A stretch of DNA of 64,000 nt from an uncultured Acidobacteriota bacterium (GTDB taxonomy: Bacteria > Acidobacteriota > Blastocatellia > RBC074): NCBI GenBank assembly GCA_963796275.1, contig CAWCKY010000001.1:896001-960000 (forward strand), in the 5' to 3' direction. The notes beneath the pieces are model-generated. The model saw only the letters and a program-made list of their open reading frames with translations, searched no databases and was not told where the DNA came from. A program made the translations under genes and the position numbers. Below, one piece after another: positions 1-10,594 of this stretch (its first letter is position 1; the number at the start of each line of letters is the position of its first letter).

Positions 1-222
1 CAAAATACTCCCCAGCTACTGGGAACCCCTCAGCTCGACCTGGCCAATGAGATACCGCCACCGGACCTCTCCTTTGAGACTGCTATTACGAACTTCAAAC
101 GACAACTGGTACGGCAGGCCCTGCGCGAATGTAATGGCTCAAGATCGGAAGCTGCGCACCGGCTCAAGATCAGCCGCCAGTACCTTCACCGTCTGATCAA
201 TGAGTTGAATGTGATAGGATGA
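1..222 (+). CDS. C-terminal fragment of a Fis-type HTH regulator (probably a sigma-54-dependent activator), truncated by the window edge
   Basis: Frame 1 translated by hand: ...FETAITNFKRQLVRQALRECNGSRSEAAHRLKISRQYLHRLINELNVIG*, a typical HTH_8 tail; TGA at 220-222. Confidence 0.75.
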   Translation, partial: QNTPQLLGTPQLDLANEIPPPDLSFETAITNFKRQLVRQALRECNGSRSEAAHRLKISRQYLHRLINELNVIG

Positions 223-227
223 AAAAA

Positions 228-320
228 GTGTTCAGTTTTTCAGTATCGGTTTTCAGTTGGATGGTATCGATCAGCAACTGAAAACTAAAAACTGAAAACT
301 GAAAACTAATTTCAGAGGAG
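228..320 (+). repeat. (TTTTCAG)n-loop-(CTGAAAA)n hairpin element with SD-bearing tail, copy 1
   Basis: ttcagtttttcagtatcggttttcagttggatggtatcgatcagcaactgaaaactaaaaactgaaaactgaaaactaatttcagaggag. Confidence 0.85.
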
Positions 321-325
321 CTCAT

Positions 326-1609
326 ATGAGTAATAGCGATTCAGTCAACAAACACAAGGATTATCTCTTCCCCGTCGTCTCGATGTACTACCGCGAACCG
401 ATCGCGCTCGATCACGGCCAGGGGATGTACGTCTGGGATGAAAACGGCAAAAAATACCTCGATTGTTTCGGCGGAGTATTATCCACCAGCATCGGGCATG
501 TCCATCCGCACGTGGTAGGGGCCATTACCGATCAGCTCAAAAAGATATCGCACACCTCAACGCTCTACGCGAGCAGACCGCAATCCGAACTGGCGCAGAA
601 ATTGGCGGAAATAACCCCAGCGGGTCTCGAGAAGAGTTTCTTCACCAATAGCGGGACGGAGGCTGATGAGACCGCGACTATGGCGGCGAAACTTTATACG
701 GGTCGACAGGAGATCATCACTCTTCGCCACAGCTACAGCGGGCGTTCGGCCGCGGCCATCACGGCATCGGGCCAGGCTCCGTGGAAGATACTGCCGGCGC
801 AGGTGCCCGGCATTGTCCATGCGCCGGCACCGTATTGCTATCGCTGCCCGTTCAAGCTCAAATATCCGGAATGCGATCTCGCCTGCGCGAAAGATTTGAA
901 GGAAGTGATCGAGACCTCGACCTCCGGAAAAATCGCCGCCTTCATGGCCGAACCGATCATGGGCGTCGGTGGATACATCACTCCGCCGAAAGAATATTTC
1001 AAAGAGGCCGTCGCCATCATCCGCCAGTACGGCGGAGTGTTCATTTGCGACGAAGTGCAGACCGGCTGGGGGAGAACCGGCGATAAGATGTTCGGGATAG
1101 AACATTGGGAGGTCGAACCGGAGATTATGACCTTCGCCAAAGGCATGGCGAACGGCACGCCTATCGGCGCTACGATAGCGCGGAAAGACATTGCAGATGC
1201 AATGTCGGCTATCTCATTTTCGACTTTCGGCGGCAATCCCGTGTCGATGCGCGCCGCGCTGGCTACCATCGAAGTCATCGAGCGCGAAGACCTGGCGCGT
1301 AACGCTCAGGTCACCGGCGATTACTTGCGCGAAAAACTTATGGGACTGCAAGAGCGGTTTGATGCGATCGGAGAGGTGCGGGGAATGGGACTGATGCAGG
1401 GGATAGAGTTCGTCAAGGACCGCAAGACGAAAGAGCCTTACCCGGAGGCCGTCTTGAAGGTTTTCGAAGAGACGAAGAAACGCGGCGTCCTCATCGGAAA
1501 GGGCGGGCTATATGGAAATGTTATCCGCATGGGCCCGCCACTGATCGCAACGAAAGATCATATCGACGAACTGGCTGCGGCGTTGAACGATGCGCTCGCG
1601 GCAATATAA
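326..1609 (+). CDS. Class III PLP-dependent aminotransferase (AGXT2 / beta-alanine:pyruvate transaminase-like)
   Basis: FFTNSGTEA, DEVQTGWGRTG, TFAKGMANG (PLP lysine) and TFGGNP motifs; context with dihydropyrimidinase; RBS gaggag. Confidence 0.88.
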   Translation: MSNSDSVNKHKDYLFPVVSMYYREPIALDHGQGMYVWDENGKKYLDCFGGVLSTSIGHVHPHVVGAITDQLKKISHTSTLYASRPQSELAQKLAEITPAGLEKSFFTNSGTEADETATMAAKLYTGRQEIITLRHSYSGRSAAAITASGQAPWKILPAQVPGIVHAPAPYCYRCPFKLKYPECDLACAKDLKEVIETSTSGKIAAFMAEPIMGVGGYITPPKEYFKEAVAIIRQYGGVFICDEVQTGWGRTGDKMFGIEHWEVEPEIMTFAKGMANGTPIGATIARKDIADAMSAISFSTFGGNPVSMRAALATIEVIEREDLARNAQVTGDYLREKLMGLQERFDAIGEVRGMGLMQGIEFVKDRKTKEPYPEAVLKVFEETKKRGVLIGKGGLYGNVIRMGPPLIATKDHIDELAAALNDALAAI

Positions 1610-1629
1610 AAATCTGGAGGCTGAAGAGA

Positions 1630-1716
1630 GAATCAGTACCGCGAGCGGTAGCGAGCGAATTTCCATTGCTGACCGATTGATGAAAACTCGCTCGCTACTG
1701 ATCGCGGTATTGATTC
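1630..1716. repeat. REP-like intergenic palindrome (~28-bp arms)
   Basis: aatcagtaccgcgagcggtagcgagcga (1631-1658) pairs with tcgctcgctactgatcgcggtattgatt (1688-1715). Confidence 0.75.
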
Positions 1717-1730
1717 CGCTTAAGTAATCT

Positions 1731-3116
1731 ATGCGCACATTGATCAAAAACGGCCACATCGTCACTGCCGTAGATTCCTACACCGCCGACATTTTGATCG
1801 ACGGCGAAACGGTGGCGATGATCGGAAAAAACCTCTCGGAGGTCGCCGGTTCGATAGACAAAATGATTGACGCTACCGGGAAGCTGGTCATCCCGGGTGG
1901 CATCGATCCGCATACGCACATGGATTTGCCATTCGGCGGCACGTCAGCATCCGACGATTTCGAGACGGGCACGCGTGCGGCGGCTTTTGGCGGGACGACG
2001 ACGATCGTCGATTTTGCCGTTCAATACCATGGACAGGAACTAAACGAGGCGCTCGACGTCTGGTTCGGTAAAGCTGAGGGCAAAGCATCGATCGATTACG
2101 GCTTTCATATGATAGTGACCGATTTGCCGGACGAGCGGTTGCCCGGATTAAAGGGGCTGATCGATCAGGGGGTGACGAGCTTCAAATTGTTTATGGCTTA
2201 TCCCGGCGTCTTTCTCGTCGATGATGGAACTATCTTCAAGGCGATGTCGACCGCGGGCGAGTCGGGCGGTTTGATCTGTATGCACGCGGAGAATGGCGTT
2301 GTGATCGACGTACTCGTCAAACGCGCCTTGGCCGAAGGCAAGACTGGTCCGAAATATCATGCGCTCACTCGCCCGACAAAAGCCGAGGCCGAGGGCGTGC
2401 ACCGGGCGATAGCGATTGCGGAGATGGCCAATTCTCCGGTCTACATCGTGCATCTGAGCTGTTACGATGCTCTGAAAGAGGTTCAGGCCGCGCGCGACCT
2501 CGGATTACCAGCATTTGCCGAAACCTGCCCGCAATACCTGCTGCTCGATTACAATCGTTACGAACAGGAAGGATTTGAAGGGGCCAAATATGTGATGACC
2601 CCGCCGCTGCGCGATAAAGAGAATCAGGAGCTGCTCTGGCGCGGGCTGCGCGGCGACGATCTGCAGGTTATCTCGACCGATCATTGCCCGTTCTGTTTTA
2701 AAGAACAGAAAGAGCTGGGGCGCGATGATTTCAGTAAGATTCCGAACGGTGGGCCGGGGGTGGAAAATCGGATGAGTTTGATCTATCACCACGGAGTCGA
2801 AGCAGGGCGCATTAATTTGAATCGTTTTGTCGAACTTACTTCCACCGCTGCTGCCAAAATTTTCGGCCTCTTTCCGAAGAAAGGGACGATAGCGGTTGGG
2901 TCCGATGCCGATATCGTCATATTCGACCCGAACCGCGAGCAGATTATAAGTGCGGCGACCCACCATATGCGCGTGGATTACAGCGCTTATGAGGGATGGA
3001 AGGTCAAAGGTGTGGCCGAGGTGGTGTTGTCGAGAGGAAGAGCGATCGTAGAGAACGGCGTGTGGAAGGGCAAGGCCGGTGATGGTAGCTTTTTGAGGCG
3101 CGGGACTTTTGCATAA
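1731..3116 (+). CDS. hydA: Dihydropyrimidinase / D-hydantoinase
   Basis: PGGIDPHTHMD, AAAFGGTTT, SFKLFMAY (carboxylated Lys), HAENG, ISTDHCPF and KIPNG motifs. Confidence 0.93.
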   Translation: MRTLIKNGHIVTAVDSYTADILIDGETVAMIGKNLSEVAGSIDKMIDATGKLVIPGGIDPHTHMDLPFGGTSASDDFETGTRAAAFGGTTTIVDFAVQYHGQELNEALDVWFGKAEGKASIDYGFHMIVTDLPDERLPGLKGLIDQGVTSFKLFMAYPGVFLVDDGTIFKAMSTAGESGGLICMHAENGVVIDVLVKRALAEGKTGPKYHALTRPTKAEAEGVHRAIAIAEMANSPVYIVHLSCYDALKEVQAARDLGLPAFAETCPQYLLLDYNRYEQEGFEGAKYVMTPPLRDKENQELLWRGLRGDDLQVISTDHCPFCFKEQKELGRDDFSKIPNGGPGVENRMSLIYHHGVEAGRINLNRFVELTSTAAAKIFGLFPKKGTIAVGSDADIVIFDPNREQIISAATHHMRVDYSAYEGWKVKGVAEVVLSRGRAIVENGVWKGKAGDGSFLRRGTFA

Positions 3117-3274
3117 TTCGAAGTAAATGAATAAATGGAGAACTTATTGGAGCGAATAACCGTGACAGCACACTATCTCCCGGCCAGATAGCCATCCGGG
3201 CATCTGTTAATGAAAGCTTCGCGCTTGAATAGCGCACGGCTTGAATCGTTGTCGATATAAAGGGAACTTTTTAA

Positions 3275-4873
3275 ATGCGACCCAATATTGATCGCGAAGT
3301 CATTGAACACCCCGATGGGCGCGTCGAACTCCGCGATCATTCATCTATCAGCTCGAGTCCGCTATACAACAGCGATCTAGCGCCCGTGCCCGTCGCGAAG
3401 CGCAACTGGACTACCTACAACTATGCCGCCCTTTGGATCAGCATGGCGCATTGCATTCCGACCTACATGCTTTCGGCCGGCTTGATCACGGTAGGGATGA
3501 ACTGGTGGCAGGCGCTGTTCACCATCCTGCTCGGGAATACGATCGTTCTCATCCCCATTCTCCTCAACTCCCATCCGGGCACCAAGTACGGCATTCCCTT
3601 TCCGGTCTTCGCGCGCGCGAGTTATGGGACATACGGCTCCAATCTGCCGGCATTGATGCGTGCTCTCGTTGCCTGCGGATGGTTCGGGATTCAGGCCTGG
3701 ATCGGCGGCGAAGCCCTCAATGTCTTCTTGCGCGCGATCATACCCGGTTGGCATACGATGTTGGGCGGTCCGGTCAACGGGCACACGCCGACCGAGTGGA
3801 TATCATTCCTGCTCTTCTGGGCGCTGAATATCTACATTATCTATCGCGGTATGGATCTGCTGCGGTGGGTGGAGAATTGGGCTGCGCCATTCGTCCTGAT
3901 CATGACCGCGGGATTGCTTGTTTGGGCGGTATGGCGCGCTAACGGACTCGGTTATTTATTGGATGATTCCGGGCGATATCCGAGCCTCGGTGAATTTCTA
4001 CCGGTCTTCATCCCATCGTTAACTGCGATGATCGGCTTCTGGTCGACTCTATCCCTGAATATGCCCGATTTCACGCGCTTCGGGCGCAGCCAGCGCGAAC
4101 AGGCGGTCGGACAAATTATTGCCTTGCCGTCGACGATGACCGTCTTCGCCGCCATGAGCGTAGTCATCACCTCGGCGGCCGTAGTGATCTATCCGCATAT
4201 GAAAGCCGATCAATTGTGGGATCCGATGAAACTTACCGGACAGTTCGATAATGTGGCGGTCATCGCGGTTTCGATGTTCACGGTTGTCGTGGCGACGCTG
4301 GCGGTAAACATCGCAGCAAATGTGGTCTCTCCCGCCAACGATTTTGCCAATGCGTTTCCACACTGGATTTCGTTCCGCACCGGAGGATTGATAACGGGAA
4401 TCATCGGCATTTTGATGCAGCCCTGGAGACTTCTGGCCGACCCATCGGGCTATATTTTCAAGTGGCTGGTCGGGTATTCGGGCGGCCTCGGCTCGATTGC
4501 AGGGGTATTGATAGTCGATTACTGGCTGGTGCGGAATAAGCATCTGGCACTAGGTGATCTCTACCGCACTCAAGGTGTATACGCATACGCTCGGGGATGG
4601 AATTGGCGGGCGATCGCCGCCACCATCATCGGCTGCTCGCTGGCGTGGGGCGGTTTGATTCTCCCGGCGCTAGCGCCGTTATACAATTATGCCTGGTTCG
4701 TAGGATTCGGCTCATCGGCCGTCGTTCACTATGTTTTTATGAAATTGTTTCCCCCATACGAACATACGGGAGATCGGGAGAGCCGGGTACTGAATGAGTT
4801 AGATGAATCACTCTCATCTTCCGCCCCCCTCGCACACAACCCCGCTTCTTCTTCAACCATTACAAAGGACTAG
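3275..4873 (+). CDS. NCS1 family nucleobase:cation symporter (uracil/hydantoin permease)
   Basis: Multiple TM segments; YGIPFPVFARASYG, WFGIQAWIGG, SLNMPDFTRF and NIAANVVSPA motifs. Confidence 0.92.
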   Translation: MRPNIDREVIEHPDGRVELRDHSSISSSPLYNSDLAPVPVAKRNWTTYNYAALWISMAHCIPTYMLSAGLITVGMNWWQALFTILLGNTIVLIPILLNSHPGTKYGIPFPVFARASYGTYGSNLPALMRALVACGWFGIQAWIGGEALNVFLRAIIPGWHTMLGGPVNGHTPTEWISFLLFWALNIYIIYRGMDLLRWVENWAAPFVLIMTAGLLVWAVWRANGLGYLLDDSGRYPSLGEFLPVFIPSLTAMIGFWSTLSLNMPDFTRFGRSQREQAVGQIIALPSTMTVFAAMSVVITSAAVVIYPHMKADQLWDPMKLTGQFDNVAVIAVSMFTVVVATLAVNIAANVVSPANDFANAFPHWISFRTGGLITGIIGILMQPWRLLADPSGYIFKWLVGYSGGLGSIAGVLIVDYWLVRNKHLALGDLYRTQGVYAYARGWNWRAIAATIIGCSLAWGGLILPALAPLYNYAWFVGFGSSAVVHYVFMKLFPPYEHTGDRESRVLNELDESLSSSAPLAHNPASSSTITKD

Positions 4874-4881
4874 TTCAGTTT

Positions 4882-5751
4882 ATGGCACAGGTTGTCAAAT
4901 GCGGTCTTATTCAAGCAAAAAATGCGGCGCCAACCGATGCGCCGATCGAAGATATCAAGCGCGTCAATATTGAAAAACATCTGAAGATCATCGAGTCGGC
5001 CGCGCAACAGGGCGTAAAGATTCTCTGCATGCAGGAGGTCTTTACCACCCCATATTTTTGCGCCGAACAACAGGCGCGCTGGTATGAAGCGGTCGAGAGA
5101 ATTCCAGATGGACCTACAATCAGACTCATGCAGGACGTCGCGAAAAAGCACGGAATGGTTATTATCGTCCCGATTTACGAAGAGGAGATGACGGGTATCT
5201 ACTACAACACGGCCGCCGTCATCGACGCCGATGGGAGATATATAGGGAAATATCGCAAGACCCATATTCCGCACGTCGGGCCAGGCTTCTGGGAGAAGTT
5301 CTATTTCAAGCCCGGAAACCTGGGCTATCCGGCGTTCGAGACGGCTTTCGCGCGCATCGGGGTATATATCTGCTATGACCGGCATTTTCCCGAAGGTGCG
5401 CGCGCATTGGGGTTGAACGGCGCGGAGATAGTTTTCAATCCATCAGCGACGGTCGCCGGTCTCTCGGAATATCTCTGGAGGCTCGAACAGCCGGCTCATG
5501 CAGTGGCCAACGGCTATTTTATCGGTGCGATCAACCGCGTCGGTTACGAAGCGCCGTGGAATATCGGCGAGTTTTACGGCCAGAGCTATTTCTGCGATCC
5601 GCGCGGACAGACGATTGCGATCGCACCGCGCGATGAGGACGCGCTCGTCGTCGCCGACCTCGATCTCGCGATGATCCGCGAAGTGCGCAACACGTGGCAG
5701 TTTTTCCGCGACCGGCGACCCGAGACTTACCAGGCGCTGGTCGCCGAATAG
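4882..5751 (+). CDS. Nitrilase-family carbon-nitrogen hydrolase, beta-ureidopropionase-like (paralogue 1)
   Basis: Glu-Lys-Cys triad (MQEVF, YRKTHIP, ICYDRHFPE) and C-terminal WQFFRDRRPE. Confidence 0.9.
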   Translation: MAQVVKCGLIQAKNAAPTDAPIEDIKRVNIEKHLKIIESAAQQGVKILCMQEVFTTPYFCAEQQARWYEAVERIPDGPTIRLMQDVAKKHGMVIIVPIYEEEMTGIYYNTAAVIDADGRYIGKYRKTHIPHVGPGFWEKFYFKPGNLGYPAFETAFARIGVYICYDRHFPEGARALGLNGAEIVFNPSATVAGLSEYLWRLEQPAHAVANGYFIGAINRVGYEAPWNIGEFYGQSYFCDPRGQTIAIAPRDEDALVVADLDLAMIREVRNTWQFFRDRRPETYQALVAE

Positions 5752-5828
5752 TTTTCAGCTTTTAGTTTTCAGTTGGGCCGTCTCGATCGACAACTGAAAA
5801 CTGAATACTGAAAACTATTTTTGAGGAG
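5750..5828 (+). repeat. (TTTTCAG)n-loop-(CTGAAAA)n hairpin element, copy 2
   Basis: Starts in the TAG stop of the upstream gene and ends ctatttttgaggag just before the ATG at 5839. Confidence 0.85.
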
Positions 5829-5838
5829 CTTATTATCT

Positions 5839-6834
5839 ATGCTCGAATACGCCATCACCTTTAAGCCTGAAATGACCGCGGAGCACATAGTCGGCTTAAC
5901 CAGACAGGCAGAGGCTGCCGGTTTCAGTCACGGCTGGATTTTCGATTCTCACGTATTGTGGCAGGATCCTTACCCTCTGCTCACTTTGATGGCCGTGAAT
6001 TCGAGGACGATGCGATTAGGCACCTGCGTGACCAATCCCGCGGTGCGTGACGCGACTGTGACGGCCAGCCTGCTCGCGACGCTCAATCGTATCTCCGGCG
6101 GCAGAATGGACCTAGGCATCGGGCGCGGGGACAGCTCCCGGCGCGTTATGGGTAAAAGGCCAACGACGCTGGCCGATCTGGAAAATTGTGTACAGGTAAT
6201 TCGTGATCTCTGTGCGGGCAAACAGATTGTGTACGAAGACAACCCGATCCAGATGGCCTGGGCGGACGCCGGCGTCCCGCCTGTATGGATCGCCGGATAT
6301 GGCCCGAAGGCGCTGCGTTTAGCGGGACGCATCGGCGATGGCGTAATTCTGCAATTCGCCGATCCTCATTTGATCAAATGGTGTCTGGGTTTCGTCCGAG
6401 AAGGCGCGGAAGAGAGCGGTCGCGATTATTCCCGGATAAAGGTAATGGCCGCCGCTCCGGTATGGGTTTCATCCGATCTCGCAGAGGCGCGCGATCGCGT
6501 CCGCTGGTTTCCCGCGCTCGTCTCCAACCATGTGGTCGATCTCGTCTCTCGCTATAAGCTAGAAGAGCTGCCGCCGGAGCTGACCGCATACGTCCGTGAT
6601 CGCAAAGGTTATAACTATTTGCATCACGCGGAGGTGGGCAGCGACAACGCACAGTTTGTGACGGATGAAGTTGTTGATCGTTTCTGTCTAGTCGGTCCGG
6701 TTGAAGAACAAGTGAGACGATTGAGGCAGCTCGAAGAGATCGGCGTGACGCAATTCAACATCTATCTTATGTGCGGCGATGAAGAGCAGACCGTTGAAAT
6801 ATATGGCGACGGAGTGATCCCGCCATTTAGATAA
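5839..6834 (+). CDS. LLM-class (probably F420-dependent) oxidoreductase, TIGR03842-like
   Basis: WIFDSHVLWQDPY, GTCVTNP, GIGRGDS and WIAGYGPKAL motifs; hydantoinase/NCS1/nitrilase neighbourhood; start moved to the ATG at 5839 after the RBS. Confidence 0.8.
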   Translation: MLEYAITFKPEMTAEHIVGLTRQAEAAGFSHGWIFDSHVLWQDPYPLLTLMAVNSRTMRLGTCVTNPAVRDATVTASLLATLNRISGGRMDLGIGRGDSSRRVMGKRPTTLADLENCVQVIRDLCAGKQIVYEDNPIQMAWADAGVPPVWIAGYGPKALRLAGRIGDGVILQFADPHLIKWCLGFVREGAEESGRDYSRIKVMAAAPVWVSSDLAEARDRVRWFPALVSNHVVDLVSRYKLEELPPELTAYVRDRKGYNYLHHAEVGSDNAQFVTDEVVDRFCLVGPVEEQVRRLRQLEEIGVTQFNIYLMCGDEEQTVEIYGDGVIPPFR

Positions 6835-6840
6835 AGCTGT

Positions 6841-8442
6841 TTATAACCTGACGGCCACGCCGCTACCAGGCTCCACCTGACTCTCGCCGCGGACTGTCAA
6901 TTTACCTCCGACGATCACATATTCAACCCCCACCGGGTATTGCATTGAATCATCGAATGTCGCGCGGTCGATAACTCGGTCAGGATCGAAGACGACCAGA
7001 TTTGCCCGGGCGCCCGCTTCGATCTTCCCGTAGCCCTTGATCCGGAAAGTTTCCGCGGCGAGACACGACATCTTGCGCACCGCCTCCTCGAGGGTGAGCA
7101 GCGACTGTTCGCGCGCATATCGGCCGAGAATGCGCGGGTATGTGCCATAAGCCCGCGGATGCGGTTTGCCGCTGAGCAGCCCATCTGTGCAGACATTGAC
7201 ATAGGGTTCTCGCATTATCTTCCGCACCACATCTTCCGATTGGCTGAACGAGATCATTCCGACGCCCATTTTCTCGTCCAAGAGCAGCTCGAGGGCGAAC
7301 TCGGCGGCCTCTTCTTCACTCACCATATCTACCTGTTTCCTCAAACTCGCAGCCTGCGTGAGGTTCTTGCCGATATAACCGGGATGTTGACCGGATGCGA
7401 TGTCGGAGATGACGATGCCCTCCGGCCCCGACCACTTCCAGAAATTATCCCATTTCGACTGCGATCGATCGAGCATCTCGCTCCGCATGCGCCCGCGCTC
7501 GTCTCTGCTGGCCAGACGCGCCAGGGTAGCTGCAACACCCCCGGCGTGCACCCATGGCGGAAGAATTGCACCAAGCATCGTTGAGCCCGCTACATATGGA
7601 TATTGATCTGCAGTCAGCGTCACGCCCGCAGCCTGAGCGATACGGATCGTCTCCAGCACGCGGTCGATCGTCGTCCAGTTCTCTCGCCCTGCCGCCTTGA
7701 AATGTGAGATATGGACGCGAACGCGTGACTCCCTACCCACCTCTATCATCTCCGCCACGGCATCTTCGAGGTAATCGCTTTCGCTGCGCATATGGGCCAC
7801 GAAGATGCCATTCGATTCGGCAACTGTCCGGCACAGATCGATCAACTCGGAAGTATCGGCATAGCAGCACGGCGGATAGATCAATCCGGTCGAGATGCCG
7901 AGCGCGCCTTCGCGCATTCCCTGGCGGATTTGCTGCTGCATGGCATCGATCTCCGCGCGCGTAGCCCGCCGATCTTCCATTCCCATAGCATTTAATCGTA
8001 TCGCCCCGTGCGGGATAAGATAGGAATAGTCGAGCGCAGGTCCGGCATTTCCCACCGCAGAAAGGTACTCAGCCACCGATTCCCAGTCCCATTCGCGATG
8101 CAGACGACCGAGCAATCCGGCCAGCGCGCTCTGCATTTGGGGCCGGTCAGCTACACGGATTGGCGCAACCGAGATCCCATCCTGACCGAAGACTTCGAGC
8201 GTGATTCCCTGCCGCACTTTCATGGGAAGTTCCGGCTCTGCGATGATACGCAAATCCGAATGGCTATGTGTGTCGATGAATCCGGGCGCGATGATCATCC
8301 CGGAGCAGTCAATTTCCGCGTCGCCGTGGAGTGAAGTTTCCGCATCAATCGCCGCGATTCGGTTGTTGGCGATCGCCACGTCGGCGTGATAGCGCGGGCG
8401 GCCGGTGCCATCGATTACAGTTCCATTTTTGAGTAGGTACAT
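6841..8442 (-). CDS. N-acyl-D-amino-acid deacylase family amidohydrolase
   Basis: APGFIDTHSHSD, GISTGLIYPP, HMRSE, ADQYPY and PHPRAYGTYPR motifs; likely start MYLLKNG at 8442. Confidence 0.87.
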   Translation of the reverse strand: MYLLKNGTVIDGTGRPRYHADVAIANNRIAAIDAETSLHGDAEIDCSGMIIAPGFIDTHSHSDLRIIAEPELPMKVRQGITLEVFGQDGISVAPIRVADRPQMQSALAGLLGRLHREWDWESVAEYLSAVGNAGPALDYSYLIPHGAIRLNAMGMEDRRATRAEIDAMQQQIRQGMREGALGISTGLIYPPCCYADTSELIDLCRTVAESNGIFVAHMRSESDYLEDAVAEMIEVGRESRVRVHISHFKAAGRENWTTIDRVLETIRIAQAAGVTLTADQYPYVAGSTMLGAILPPWVHAGGVAATLARLASRDERGRMRSEMLDRSQSKWDNFWKWSGPEGIVISDIASGQHPGYIGKNLTQAASLRKQVDMVSEEEAAEFALELLLDEKMGVGMISFSQSEDVVRKIMREPYVNVCTDGLLSGKPHPRAYGTYPRILGRYAREQSLLTLEEAVRKMSCLAAETFRIKGYGKIEAGARANLVVFDPDRVIDRATFDDSMQYPVGVEYVIVGGKLTVRGESQVEPGSGVAVRL

Positions 8443-8627
8443 ACGCAATTTTTCATCACCCATCAGGCAATTTGTCGGGTTACCGCGCGGGGCATGTAAG
8501 CTAGCTGGTGAATTATCTATTCCCGGCACGTTTCGAGCTTTGAATTACCGGTGAAATGAACATCGCCGTCGATACACGGGTATTTCGTCACTCTGAGCTC
8601 GTCATTCCATTCATAACAAAAATATTT

Positions 8628-9497
8628 TCAGTAACCGGTCAAGGGCCCATACATCTCAGGCCGCCGGTCGCGATAGAACTGCCAGTGTGTCCGTACTTCG
8701 CGAATCTCATCGAGGTTGAGATCGGCCACTATCAGTTCGTCCTTGTCCTCGCTGCCTTTGGCGAGAATACGGCCATCGGGGTTGCAGAAATATGAAGAGC
8801 CGAAGAATTGGCCGACGTTCCATGGGGCCTCTGTCCCCACCCGGTTGATCGTACCGACGAAATAACCGTTGGCGACGGCGTGCGAGCGCTGCTCCAAATC
8901 CCACAGGTAATCGGCGTGCCCCTTGGTCGTCGCTGAAGGAATGAAGACTATTTCTGCGCCGTTCAACCCCAATGCGCGCGCGCCTTCGGGGAAGTGGCGG
9001 TCGTAACAGATGTAAACGCCGATTCGCGCATATTTGGTCGCGAAAGTCGGAAATCCCAGATTGCCGGGCGTGAAGTAGAACTTCTCCCAGAAACCCGGCA
9101 GGCAATGAGGTATATGAGTCTTGCGATATTTCCCCAGATATTTTCCATCGGCATCGATGACCGCCGCCGTGTTGTAATAGACACCGGTCATCTCTTCTTC
9201 GTAGATCGGAGAAATAATTACCATCTGATGTTCTTTCGCGATTTCGCACATCAGCTGCGTCGTCGGCCCATCGGGGATGCGTTCCACCAGGTCATACCAG
9301 TGTGGATTCTGCTCGGCGGGAAAATATGGACCATAAAAAAGCTCCTGCAAACAGATGATCCGAACCCCCTGCCGGGCGGCATCTGCAATCATCGATATGT
9401 GTTTATCGATCATCGCTTTTTTTATCTGTTCGATCGGGCTTTCGGTGGGCTCGCTGTTCGCGGCCTGAATCAAACCGCATCTGACGATACGAGACAT
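8628..9497 (-). CDS. Nitrilase-family carbon-nitrogen hydrolase, beta-ureidopropionase-like (paralogue 2)
   Basis: LQELF, YRKTHIP and ICYDRHFPE; colinear with and highly similar to 4882-5751. Confidence 0.9.
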   Translation of the reverse strand: MSRIVRCGLIQAANSEPTESPIEQIKKAMIDKHISMIADAARQGVRIICLQELFYGPYFPAEQNPHWYDLVERIPDGPTTQLMCEIAKEHQMVIISPIYEEEMTGVYYNTAAVIDADGKYLGKYRKTHIPHCLPGFWEKFYFTPGNLGFPTFATKYARIGVYICYDRHFPEGARALGLNGAEIVFIPSATTKGHADYLWDLEQRSHAVANGYFVGTINRVGTEAPWNVGQFFGSSYFCNPDGRILAKGSEDKDELIVADLNLDEIREVRTHWQFYRDRRPEMYGPLTGY

Positions 9498-9506
9498 TGC
9501 TTCAAT

Positions 9507-9574
9507 CCTCCCTGGAAAATAGTGTTTTCAGTTGTTGATTGTGGTCCAAGGTACTGAAACTGAAAACTGAAAAC

Positions 9575-9577
<3 letters not shown>
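9507..9577 (-). repeat. (TTTTCAG)n-loop-(CTGAAAA)n hairpin element, copy 3
   Basis: Minus strand reads tgagttttcagttttcagtttcag...caactgaaaacactattttccagggagg, running from the LLM stop to the nitrilase RBS. Confidence 0.8.
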
Positions 9578-10572
<995 letters not shown>

Positions 10573-10594
10573 GTCTGGTCCTCTCTACTCGATC

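Noticed and set aside
8524-8539. Sigma-54-like GG-N10-GC motif (CGGCACGTTTCGAGCT)
   Set aside because: It points antisense to the flanking minus-strand genes, with no credible plus-strand gene downstream; likely chance
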